From NCBI GenBank assembly GCA_017444675.1, contig JAFSWD010000170.1:1-59446 (forward strand): 59,446 nucleotides of DNA, written 5' to 3'. The position numbers and the translations under genes were made by a program. Every line of letters begins with the position of its first letter. Position 1 is the stretch's first letter. This DNA is from Lachnospiraceae bacterium (GTDB taxonomy: Bacteria; Bacillota; Clostridia; Lachnospirales; Lachnospiraceae). The notes beneath the pieces are model-generated. The model saw only the letters and a list, made by a program, of their open reading frames with translations. It did not search any database and was not told where the DNA came from. This document shows positions 9,180-17,707 of the stretch, piece by piece.

Positions 9180-10334
9180 ATGAAATGTATTTCAATATTG
9201 GGGTCCACCGGTTCCATAGGCACCCAGACTCTTGAAGTTGTCAGACAAAACGGAGATATAAAAGTTTCTGCACTGGCAGCAAATTCCAATGTCGAGAAGA
9301 TATATGCCCAGATAAAGGAATTCGGTCCCGGGCTGGTCTGCCTCTATAACGAGGAAAAAGCGGCAGAGCTTTCAAAAAGACTTAAGGAAGAAGGCATCAC
9401 TTGCGAAGTCACATCAGGTATGGAGGGACTTATCGCATGTGCAGGCATAGATGAAGCGGATATCGTGGTTACGGCTTTTGTGGGTATGATAGGTATAAGA
9501 CCCACTATTGAAGCCATCCTTAAGGGGAAGGATATTGCTCTTGCCAATAAGGAAACTCTGGTTACTGCAGGGCATATTATAATGCCTCTTGCAAAGGAAA
9601 AAAATGTAAAGATCCTGCCCGTTGATTCCGAACATTCGGCAATTTTCCAGTGTTTACAGGGGGCGCAGGGCAACAGGCCCGAGAAGATACTCTTAACTGC
9701 CTCCGGAGGCCCTTTCAGAGGCAAAAAGAAGAGCGAACTTAAGGATATCCGACCGGAAGATGCTCTTAAACATCCCAATTGGTCCATGGGGAGAAAAATA
9801 ACCATAGATTCGTCTACAATGGTTAACAAGGGATTGGAAGTCATAGAAGCCAAATGGCTCTTTGACGTGGAGCCCGATAATATCGAGGTGGTGATCCAGC
9901 CTCAGAGCATAATACATTCAATGATCGAGTTCACTGACGGTGCGGTTATCGCACAGATGGGAGTTCCGGATATGAAACTCCCTATCCAGTATGCGCTCTA
10001 TTACCCGGAAAGAAGAGAAAGAACCGCAAAAAGACTGGATTTCAGAGAACTTACTTCCATAGAGATCGATAAGCCCGACAATGAAAATTTTCCTGCATTG
10101 TCAATGGCTTACGAAGCCTGCAGGACAGGTGGCAGCCTGCCCACAGTATTTAATGCGGTAAATGAGATCGCAGTGGATAAGTTTTTAAGAGGCGATATAG
10201 GTTATCTTGATATTGCCGACATGATAGGTAATGCCATGGCAAAACATAACCTGATACTTAATCCCACACTGGATAACATTTTAAACATTGAAGACTTTCT
10301 TAAACACGAACTGGCAGGATATAAAACACGTTAG
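9180..10334 (+). CDS. dxr: 1-deoxy-D-xylulose-5-phosphate reductoisomerase
   Basis: ILGSTGSIGTQTL NADPH-binding motif, LANKETLV, DSEHSAIFQCL, NKGLEVIEA. Confidence 0.95.
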   Translation: MKCISILGSTGSIGTQTLEVVRQNGDIKVSALAANSNVEKIYAQIKEFGPGLVCLYNEEKAAELSKRLKEEGITCEVTSGMEGLIACAGIDEADIVVTAFVGMIGIRPTIEAILKGKDIALANKETLVTAGHIIMPLAKEKNVKILPVDSEHSAIFQCLQGAQGNRPEKILLTASGGPFRGKKKSELKDIRPEDALKHPNWSMGRKITIDSSTMVNKGLEVIEAKWLFDVEPDNIEVVIQPQSIIHSMIEFTDGAVIAQMGVPDMKLPIQYALYYPERRERTAKRLDFRELTSIEIDKPDNENFPALSMAYEACRTGGSLPTVFNAVNEIAVDKFLRGDIGYLDIADMIGNAMAKHNLILNPTLDNILNIEDFLKHELAGYKTR

Positions 10335-10405
10335 GTAAACATAAGATGATCCTTACGGAAAAATCAACCCCGGGGGTTACGTGAGGAAAAGGAGAACCCA
10401 ATCAT

Positions 10406-11716
10406 ATGAAAATAGTAATAGCACTTTTGATCTTTTCTTTTATCATTATTTTTCACGAACTTGGCCACCTGCTTTTAGCAAAGAAAAACGGTATCAAGGT
10501 AGTTGAGTTTTCCGTAGGCCTTGGCCCCACCATAATCGGAAAAGAATTCGGAGGAACTAAGTATTCATTAAAGCTTTTGCCCTTCGGAGGCGCATGCCAG
10601 ATGCTTGGTGAAGAGGACATGGATAATACGGAAGCGGGAGAGGAAGGAACTTATTATTCCAGATCCGTATGGCAGAGGATGACCGTTATACTTGCAGGCC
10701 CTTTCTTTAATTTCATCCTGGCTTTTATCCTTGCTCTTTTTGTAACAGGTATTGTGGGTTATGATCCCGCACTGGTAACCGGAGTTACCAAGGATACACC
10801 TGCTTACGATGCGGGACTCAGGGCAGGAGATACCATTAAGAAGATGAATCACAGCAACATTTCCATAGGCCGTGAGATCGATTCCTTCTTTCTGTATAAC
10901 GGTGTTTCAACTAAGCCTATTGAAGTAATCTATGAAAGAGACGGGGAAAAGTACGAGACCACTCTTTATCCGGAAAAGATCAAGAAGTATCTTTTGGGCT
11001 TCACATATAATCTTACGGATTCCAGTGTTGCGGTGGAAGAGTTGGAAAAAGGCTATCCCATGGAAGAAGCCGGCGTGGAAAAGGGTGATATCATCCTTGA
11101 GATCAACGGTCATAAGATCCTTTCCGGTAAGGAACTTAATCAATTTTTCAGCGCTTATCCTCTGGACGGCAGTGAAGTACAAATGTTATTGGAAAGAAAC
11201 GGATCGGAGTTCACCGTTTCAATAACTCCCAGATTTATCTCCGAAACCTACTCCGTCGGCTTTAATTACAATCTTTACAGAGATAAGGCCAATGCGGGCC
11301 AGGTTATTAAATACAGTTTTGTGGAAGTTAAGTATTGGATCGTTTCCACGGTCAGAAATCTTGGCATGCTTGTTACAGGCCGGCTTTCAAAAGATGATGT
11401 GGGAGGCGCTGTAGCCATTGTTGACATGATAGGTGATTCCTACGAAGAGACCAAGGCTACAGGAAGCACATTGGATGTGGTCCTTCAGCTCATGTATATA
11501 ACCATACTTCTTTCAGCCAACCTGGGTGTTATGAACCTTCTGCCCATTCCTGCGTTGGACGGCGGAAAATTTTTGTTCCTGATAGCGGAAGCTGTTGCCG
11601 GAAAGCCTTTAAACAGAAAAGTTGAAGGTATAGTAAATCTTGCAGGCTTTGTATTGTTAATGCTGCTCATGGTATTTGTTTTCTTTAATGATATTATGAG
11701 ATTGATCGGAAGATAA
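10406..11716 (+). CDS. rseP: RIP (site-2) zinc metalloprotease RseP/RasP
   Basis: HELGH zinc motif in TM1, central PDZ-like regions, C-terminal NLLPIPALDGG motif. Confidence 0.9.
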   Translation: MKIVIALLIFSFIIIFHELGHLLLAKKNGIKVVEFSVGLGPTIIGKEFGGTKYSLKLLPFGGACQMLGEEDMDNTEAGEEGTYYSRSVWQRMTVILAGPFFNFILAFILALFVTGIVGYDPALVTGVTKDTPAYDAGLRAGDTIKKMNHSNISIGREIDSFFLYNGVSTKPIEVIYERDGEKYETTLYPEKIKKYLLGFTYNLTDSSVAVEELEKGYPMEEAGVEKGDIILEINGHKILSGKELNQFFSAYPLDGSEVQMLLERNGSEFTVSITPRFISETYSVGFNYNLYRDKANAGQVIKYSFVEVKYWIVSTVRNLGMLVTGRLSKDDVGGAVAIVDMIGDSYEETKATGSTLDVVLQLMYITILLSANLGVMNLLPIPALDGGKFLFLIAEAVAGKPLNRKVEGIVNLAGFVLLMLLMVFVFFNDIMRLIGR

Positions 11717-11720
11717 GATT

Positions 11721-12770
11721 ATGAGAATGATCACAAATGAAGTTAATATAGGTAAGGTTAAGATAGGAGGCAATAATCCCATTGCCATCCAGTCCATGAC
11801 CAACACAAAAACCGAGGATGTTAAGGCGACAGTTGCCCAGATCCTTGATTTGGAAAAAGCAGGCTGTGACATCATACGTTGCGCTGTACCCTCAAAAGAA
11901 GCGGCTCTTGCTCTTTCCGAGATAAAGAAAAGCATTAATATCCCTCTTGTGGCAGACATACATTTTGACTACCGTCTGGCCATCGCAGCCATGGAAAACG
12001 GAGCGGATAAGGTAAGGATAAATCCCGGAAATATCGGCTCTTTGGACAGGGTAAGAGAAGTGGTGAACTGTGCAAGAGAAAGGAATATTCCCATAAGAGT
12101 GGGAGTAAATTCCGGATCTCTTGAAAAGGAATGCCTGGAAAAATACGGCGGAGTTACAGCTGAAGGTCTCACGGAAAGCGCGCTTAAAGAAGCGGCTGTT
12201 ATTGAGGACATGGGATATGATAATCTGGTCATAAGCATTAAAGCCTCCGATGTTTTAATGTGCGTTAAAGCCCATGAACTTATAAAAGACAAGACCAAAC
12301 ATCCTTTACATGTGGGTATCACTGAAGCGGGTACCCTTAAAAGAGGACTCATCAAATCATCTGCGGGCCTTGCATTGATACTGGATCAGGGCATAGGGGA
12401 TACTGTAAGAGTATCCTTAACAGCCGACCCCGTAGAGGAGATATATGCCGCTAAGGAGATATTAAAGACTTTGGGACTTAAAAAAGGCGGTATAGAAGTG
12501 GTTTCCTGTCCTACCTGCGGAAGGACCAACATTGATCTTATCTCTTTGGCAGAAAAGGTGAATGAAGCCGTAAAGGACTATCCTTTGGATCTTAAGATCG
12601 CAGTTATGGGCTGCATTGTAAACGGTCCCGGAGAAGCTAAGGAAGCCGATCTGGGAATAGCAGGAGCAAAGGGTGCGGGAATGATCTTTAAAAAAGGTGA
12701 GATCATTAAAAAGTGTAAAGAAGAAGATCTGCTAAAGGAACTCTTGGAGGAGTTAAATGAACTTATTTGA
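11721..12770 (+). CDS. ispG: 4-hydroxy-3-methylbut-2-enyl-diphosphate synthase
   Basis: PIAIQSMTNT, VRINPGNIG, Fe-S cysteines in SCPTCGRT and MGCIVNGPGE. The start could instead be the ATG at 11727. Confidence 0.95.
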   Translation: MRMITNEVNIGKVKIGGNNPIAIQSMTNTKTEDVKATVAQILDLEKAGCDIIRCAVPSKEAALALSEIKKSINIPLVADIHFDYRLAIAAMENGADKVRINPGNIGSLDRVREVVNCARERNIPIRVGVNSGSLEKECLEKYGGVTAEGLTESALKEAAVIEDMGYDNLVISIKASDVLMCVKAHELIKDKTKHPLHVGITEAGTLKRGLIKSSAGLALILDQGIGDTVRVSLTADPVEEIYAAKEILKTLGLKKGGIEVVSCPTCGRTNIDLISLAEKVNEAVKDYPLDLKIAVMGCIVNGPGEAKEADLGIAGAKGAGMIFKKGEIIKKCKEEDLLKELLEELNELI

Positions 12771-15700
12771 GGTATTTACCGGGCTTGAGGTTAAAAAGAA
12801 TGTTGAGCGGGCCTTTTCCGATGTTGAGGTGGAGAAGGTACGTCTATGTAAAAGTAAAAGCAAAGTGACTATTTTCCTGGACTCTCCCCATGTTATCGAA
12901 TACAAGGACTTTAAAACCATGGAGGAAGAAATCGAGGCACAGTTTTTTGTGCATTCGGGAAATAAGGTCATTCTTAATGTGAATTATTCCCTTTCATCCC
13001 TTTATAATCCGGAAAGTTTGTGGAATATGGCTAAGGGCAGTCTGCTTGATGAACTTAATTCCATATCCAAGATGAACAATATGTTTATCGATAATGCGGA
13101 TATTTCCTTTCAAAAGGATGAATCCGGGAATTATACCATGGTCATTACTTCTGAGGATACGTTTATCTACCGTATGGTAGCAGAGAACATCAGAAAATTT
13201 CTGGTGGAAGTATTCTCGGAAAGATATAGTTTTGACCTGAACATTGATTTTAAATGGAATATGCCTAAGGCTACGGAAACAGAAAAAGATGTAGAGATCT
13301 ATTACTATACTCCCAAGGAAGATAAGAAGCCTGTTAAGAGGATCACCGAACAGGGTATAGTAGATCCTGAAGCTGTACCGGCATCGGATGCTCAGGCCAA
13401 GTCTAAAGCAAAAGAGAATACAGATAAGAAAACCGCGGCCGGTTCAACCGCCGAACCTATTAAGGAAGAGAAGACGGAAAACAATTCAGTCGATAACAAA
13501 CAGGCTGAAGACAAACAGGCTGATAACAAGAGCAAATTTGCACCTAAGAATGCGGAATTTAAAGGACGTTCCAGATTTCTCAAAAAGAAACTTGAAGATG
13601 ACCCTGATCTTTTTTACGGTAAATTGTTCGATTCCGATGAAGAAGTGGTCACACCTCTGTCGGACATTCAGGACGGACATTCGGAAGCGGTGGTTTACGG
13701 AAAGATCATAAAAGTAGAGGAACCCAAGCTTACCAAAAAGAAAGACAGATATATTGTTAAGTTTGCTTTTACGGATATGACAGATTCCGTATATGCCAAG
13801 CTTTTCCCTCTGGTGGAGGACAAGGATGAGCTCTTCAAGTATATTGCCGTGGGAAACTGCATTAAGATGAAGGGCTTTCCAAGATACGATACTTTCGATA
13901 AGGAACTGGAGATGGCTGATATCATCGGTATCAAATCCATCCCGGACTTTATCAAAAAAAGGAAGGATGAAGCAGCAGTAAAAAGAGTGGAGCTTCATGC
14001 TCATACCACCTTCAGCGATATGGATGCGGTCATTGCTCCGGGAGATCTGGTACAGAGAGCTTTTGATTTCGGACACCCCGGTGTAGCCATTACGGATCAC
14101 GGAGTGGTACAGGGATTTACGGAAGCTTTTCACTATTACAGGGATAAACTCCTTAAGAGTAAAAAGCCGGAAGTTGCCGAAAGAGCCAAGGACTTTAAGA
14201 TCCTTTACGGATGCGAGATATATCTTGTGGACGACATGAAGGAGACCGTTAAAGACGATAAGGGTCAGGGCTTTGATGCGGAAAGCGTTGTATTTGATAT
14301 TGAGACCACAGGTGTATCCAAAAACAAGGATAAGATCATTGAAATAGGAGCCGTAAAACTCAAGAATAATGAGATCGTGGACAGATACTCGGTTTTTGTT
14401 AACCCCGAAGTGCCTATTCCCACGGAGATCATTACCCTTACCCATATTACAGATGATATGGTAAAGGATGCAAATACAATAGAGAATGAACTTAAGAATT
14501 TCCTTGAGTTCTGTGGAGATGCCGTTATCGTAGCTCATAATGCGCCTTTCGATACCGGATTTATCAAAAGATTTGCCAAGGAACAGGGAATAGACTGGAA
14601 GCCGACTATTGTAGATACCGTTGGACTTTCCAGAGGTCTGATAGGTAATCTGAAAAACTATAAGCTGGATACTGTGGCTGATGAACTGGGGGTTTCACTG
14701 GAAAATCACCACAGAGCGGTTGATGATGCGGAATGTACTGCACTTATCTATCAAAAGCTGTGCGAAATGATGAAGAAAAAGGGATTTGAGAAGCTGGGAG
14801 ATGCCACGGAAAATCTTAAGCTTTCGGATGATTCTGTTAAAAAAATGCATCCTTTCCATTGCATAGTTTTGATAAAGAATGAAACGGGTCGTATTAACCT
14901 TTATAAGATGATATCCCAAAGTCATCTCACCTATTTTTACAGATATCCAAAGATACCCAAGAGCATGCTGGCAAAGCACAGAGAAGGGCTTATAATCGGC
15001 TCCGCATGTGAAGCGGGTGAACTTTACAGAGCACTGGTGGAAGACGCGTCACAGGATGAAATAGACAGCCTCTGCGAGTTTTATGATTATTACGAGATCC
15101 AGCCGGTAGGCAACAATCGCTTTATGATAGAGGATGAAAAGCTTACCAATATTACTTCGGAAGACGATATAAAAGCGTTGAACGAAAAAGTGGTTAAACT
15201 TGGAGAGATTTATAATAAGCCTGTCTGCGCCACCTGTGACTGTCATTTCCTTAATCCGGAAGATGAAGTTTACAGAAGGCTTATCACCTATTCGAAGGGC
15301 TTTAAGGATGCTGAAAACCAGCCCCCGCTTTATTTCAGGACCACTGAAGAGATGCTGGCGGAATTCGATTATCTCGGCCAGAGAAAATGTAAAGAAGTAG
15401 TCATAGATAATCCCATGAAGATCTATGACATGATCGAAAAGATAGAACCTGTAAGACCCGACAAATGTCCTCCCGTCATCGAACATTCCGAAGAGATGCT
15501 GACCAAAATCTGTCACGACAAGGCTCATTCGATGTATGGAGAGAAATTACCGGAAAAGGTGGAAACAAGACTTGAAAAAGAGCTGACTTCCATTATCAAA
15601 AACGGTTATTCGGTTATGTACATCATAGCTCAGAAGCTGGTTTGGAAATCCAATGAGGACGGCTATCTGGTAGGATCCAGAGGCTCCGTGGGATCCTCCT

Positions 15701-17382
15701 TTGTTGCCACAATGGCAGGAATTTCCGAGATCAACCCTCTTCCTGCCCATTATTATTGTAAAAAATGCCATTATTCGGATTTCGATTCGGAAGAGGTCAA
15801 GCATTATCAAAAGGAATCCATCTGCGGTTTTGATATGCCTGACAGGAAATGTCCCGTTTGCGGAGAAATGCTGGTTAAAGACGGTTGTGACATTCCTTTT
15901 GAAACCTTCCTGGGATTCAACTGTGATAAGGAGCCGGATATCGACCTTAACTTTTCGGGTGAATATCAATCCAAGGCTCATGATTATACGGAGGTTATCT
16001 TTGGTAAGGGGCAGACTTTTAAGGCAGGAACGGTTGGAACAGTGGCTGAAAAAACCGCCTTCGGATATGCCCTCAAATATGATGAAGAGCATGGACTCAC
16101 TCACAGAAGAGCTGAACTGGAAAGAATTTCTGCCGGTTGTGTAGGCGTGAGACGTGCCACGGGTCAGCATCCCGGTGGTATCGTGGTGCTTCCCGTGGGA
16201 GAAGATATAGACACTTTTACACCTGTACAGCATCCGGCCAATGATATGACAAGCAACATAATTACCACCCACTTTGATTATCATTCCATTGATCACAACC
16301 TTTTGAAACTGGATATCCTTGGACACGATGATCCCACCATGATAAAGAGGCTTGAAGAACTTACGGGCATAGATGCCAAGACCATACCCATGGATGACAA
16401 AAAGGTGATTTCGCTTTTCCACGGTACTGAAGCGCTGGGGATCACAACTGAGGATCTTAACGGCATCGATATGGGATCTCTGGGACTACCCGAGCTTGGA
16501 ACGGACAATGCCATGAACATGTTACGTGAGACCAAGCCGGACTGCTTTTCCGACATGGTACGTATTTCAGGGCTTTCTCACGGTACGGACGTTTATGCCA
16601 ATAATGCTCAGGATCTCATTAAGAACGGTACATGTAACCTTAAACAAGCCATATGTACCCGTGACGATATCATGCTTTATCTTATCAACAAAGGCCTTGA
16701 ACCGGGACACGCCTTTAAGATCATGGAAAGTGTCCGTAAGGGAAAAGGACTTACGGAAGAATGGGAAGCTGAAATGAGAGAGCATGATGTACCCGACTGG
16801 TACATTGGTTCATGTAAAAAGATCAAATACATGTTCCCCAAGGCTCATGCCGCAGCTTATATTATGATGGCCTTCCGTGTGGCCTGGTTTAAGGTGTACA
16901 GACCTCTGGAATACTATGCGGCCTATTTCGGCATACGTGCGGCAGCCTTTGACTACGAACTCATGTGTCTTGGTAAAGAGAATCTCTTGAAAAATATGAA
17001 AGAGATAAAAGCAGCAATAGACAATCATTCTGCCAAAGCCAAGGATGAAACCACCTACATGAACATGAAGAGTGTCCTTGAAATGTATGCCCGCGGATAC
17101 GAGTTCATGCCCATAGATATCTTCAGGGCCAAGGCTCACGCCTTTCAGGTGATCGACGGAAAAGTAATGCCTTCCTTTGACTCCATCCAGGGCCTCGGAG
17201 AAAAGGCTTCCGATCTCATGTTTGAAGGCTGTAAAGCAGGTGCCTTCACCTCAAAAGAGAATTTCAAAGAAAGGACAAAGGCACCTCAAAGTGCCATAGA
17301 TACCATGGCAAGATTGGGACTACTCGGAGATATTCCGGAAAGTGATCAGATTAGTCTCATGGATTTGTTTGATATGGGATGA
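12757..17382 (+). CDS. polC: DNA polymerase III alpha subunit, PolC type (1541 aa)
   Basis: GGAGG RBS. PHP (HAHTTFSDMD), DEDD exonuclease (VVFDIETTG, HNAPFDTGF, HRAVDDA), zinc module (CKKC...CPVC), polymerase core (GSRGSVGSSFVA, DIDLNF). Confidence 0.97.
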   Translation: MNLFEVFTGLEVKKNVERAFSDVEVEKVRLCKSKSKVTIFLDSPHVIEYKDFKTMEEEIEAQFFVHSGNKVILNVNYSLSSLYNPESLWNMAKGSLLDELNSISKMNNMFIDNADISFQKDESGNYTMVITSEDTFIYRMVAENIRKFLVEVFSERYSFDLNIDFKWNMPKATETEKDVEIYYYTPKEDKKPVKRITEQGIVDPEAVPASDAQAKSKAKENTDKKTAAGSTAEPIKEEKTENNSVDNKQAEDKQADNKSKFAPKNAEFKGRSRFLKKKLEDDPDLFYGKLFDSDEEVVTPLSDIQDGHSEAVVYGKIIKVEEPKLTKKKDRYIVKFAFTDMTDSVYAKLFPLVEDKDELFKYIAVGNCIKMKGFPRYDTFDKELEMADIIGIKSIPDFIKKRKDEAAVKRVELHAHTTFSDMDAVIAPGDLVQRAFDFGHPGVAITDHGVVQGFTEAFHYYRDKLLKSKKPEVAERAKDFKILYGCEIYLVDDMKETVKDDKGQGFDAESVVFDIETTGVSKNKDKIIEIGAVKLKNNEIVDRYSVFVNPEVPIPTEIITLTHITDDMVKDANTIENELKNFLEFCGDAVIVAHNAPFDTGFIKRFAKEQGIDWKPTIVDTVGLSRGLIGNLKNYKLDTVADELGVSLENHHRAVDDAECTALIYQKLCEMMKKKGFEKLGDATENLKLSDDSVKKMHPFHCIVLIKNETGRINLYKMISQSHLTYFYRYPKIPKSMLAKHREGLIIGSACEAGELYRALVEDASQDEIDSLCEFYDYYEIQPVGNNRFMIEDEKLTNITSEDDIKALNEKVVKLGEIYNKPVCATCDCHFLNPEDEVYRRLITYSKGFKDAENQPPLYFRTTEEMLAEFDYLGQRKCKEVVIDNPMKIYDMIEKIEPVRPDKCPPVIEHSEEMLTKICHDKAHSMYGEKLPEKVETRLEKELTSIIKNGYSVMYIIAQKLVWKSNEDGYLVGSRGSVGSSFVATMAGISEINPLPAHYYCKKCHYSDFDSEEVKHYQKESICGFDMPDRKCPVCGEMLVKDGCDIPFETFLGFNCDKEPDIDLNFSGEYQSKAHDYTEVIFGKGQTFKAGTVGTVAEKTAFGYALKYDEEHGLTHRRAELERISAGCVGVRRATGQHPGGIVVLPVGEDIDTFTPVQHPANDMTSNIITTHFDYHSIDHNLLKLDILGHDDPTMIKRLEELTGIDAKTIPMDDKKVISLFHGTEALGITTEDLNGIDMGSLGLPELGTDNAMNMLRETKPDCFSDMVRISGLSHGTDVYANNAQDLIKNGTCNLKQAICTRDDIMLYLINKGLEPGHAFKIMESVRKGKGLTEEWEAEMREHDVPDWYIGSCKKIKYMFPKAHAAAYIMMAFRVAWFKVYRPLEYYAAYFGIRAAAFDYELMCLGKENLLKNMKEIKAAIDNHSAKAKDETTYMNMKSVLEMYARGYEFMPIDIFRAKAHAFQVIDGKVMPSFDSIQGLGEKASDLMFEGCKAGAFTSKENFKERTKAPQSAIDTMARLGLLGDIPESDQISLMDLFDMG

Positions 17383-17422
17383 ATATTCTGAAAATAAACC
17401 CTAAAAAACTTTAAAGTTTAAC

Positions 17423-17451
17423 TTGATTTTTTTGTGTTACTAGTGTATATT
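17423..17451 (+). promoter_or_regulatory. Sigma-A-type promoter for the tRNA gene
   Basis: TTGATT (17423-17428), exactly 17 nt, then TATATT (17446-17451). The tRNA 5' end lies 11 nt downstream. Confidence 0.6.
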
Positions 17452-17461
17452 AGTGGCACAC

Positions 17462-17533
17462 GGCTCGTTGGTCAAGAGGCTAAGACGTCGCCCTCTCACG
17501 GCGAAATCACCGGTTCGATTCCGATACGAGCTG
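17462..17533 (+). tRNA. tRNA-Glu (anticodon CUC), no encoded CCA
   Basis: Hand-folded: acceptor GGCTCGT/ACGAGCT (G1.U72), D arm GTCAAGAGGCTAAGAC, anticodon stem TCGCC/GGCGA with loop CTCTCAC, 4-nt variable loop AATC, T arm ACCGG-TTCGATT-CCGAT (one C.A mismatch), discriminator G. The layout matches Firmicute tRNA-Glu. Confidence 0.8.
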
Positions 17534-17566
17534 CTCACTGTTTTTTAAACAGCCCAACCCAAAATG

Positions 17567-17593
17567 ATCGAAACTGCGGTTTCGATTTTTTTT
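17567..17593 (+). terminator. Intrinsic terminator after tRNA-Glu
   Basis: Perfect 8-bp stem ATCGAAAC (17567-17574) / GTTTCGAT (17579-17586), tetraloop TGCG, then T7. Confidence 0.8.
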
Positions 17594-17597
17594 GTTA

Positions 17598-17626
17598 TTG
17601 ACTTTTAATTCTCTAATAACTATAAT
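17598..17626 (+). promoter_or_regulatory. Near-consensus sigma-A promoter for alaS
   Basis: TTGACT (17598-17603), 17 nt, TATAAT (17621-17626). Confidence 0.65.
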
Positions 17627-17707
17627 CTTTTGAGTTGAAGTCAAATGGGCTAAATGTGCAATGGAAATTCTTTTGTACAATGAACTGACCCAGGTTTGGA
17701 GGATAAA

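Noticed and set aside
10366-10377. Perfect 12-bp palindrome AACCCCGGGGTT between dxr and rseP
   Set aside because: It is too short to be specific, with no T-tract and no flanking promoter elements. It is probably incidental.
13486-14538. 350-aa ORF on the minus strand inside polC; also 15547-16422 (291 aa) inside polC
   Set aside because: Both are codon-aligned antisense frames of polC, since their codon boundaries coincide with the sense codons. In that frame a stop arises only opposite sense TTA/CTA/TCA codons, which this genome rarely uses. The translations are low-complexity with no motifs or RBS, and the sense frame is unambiguously PolC.
17594-17707. Expected a T-box riboswitch upstream of alaS
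   Set aside because: The leader from the predicted promoter to the start codon is only about 75-80 nt, far shorter than a T-box (about 200+ nt). I see no T-box consensus (AATTAGGGTGGTACCGCG-like) sequence.
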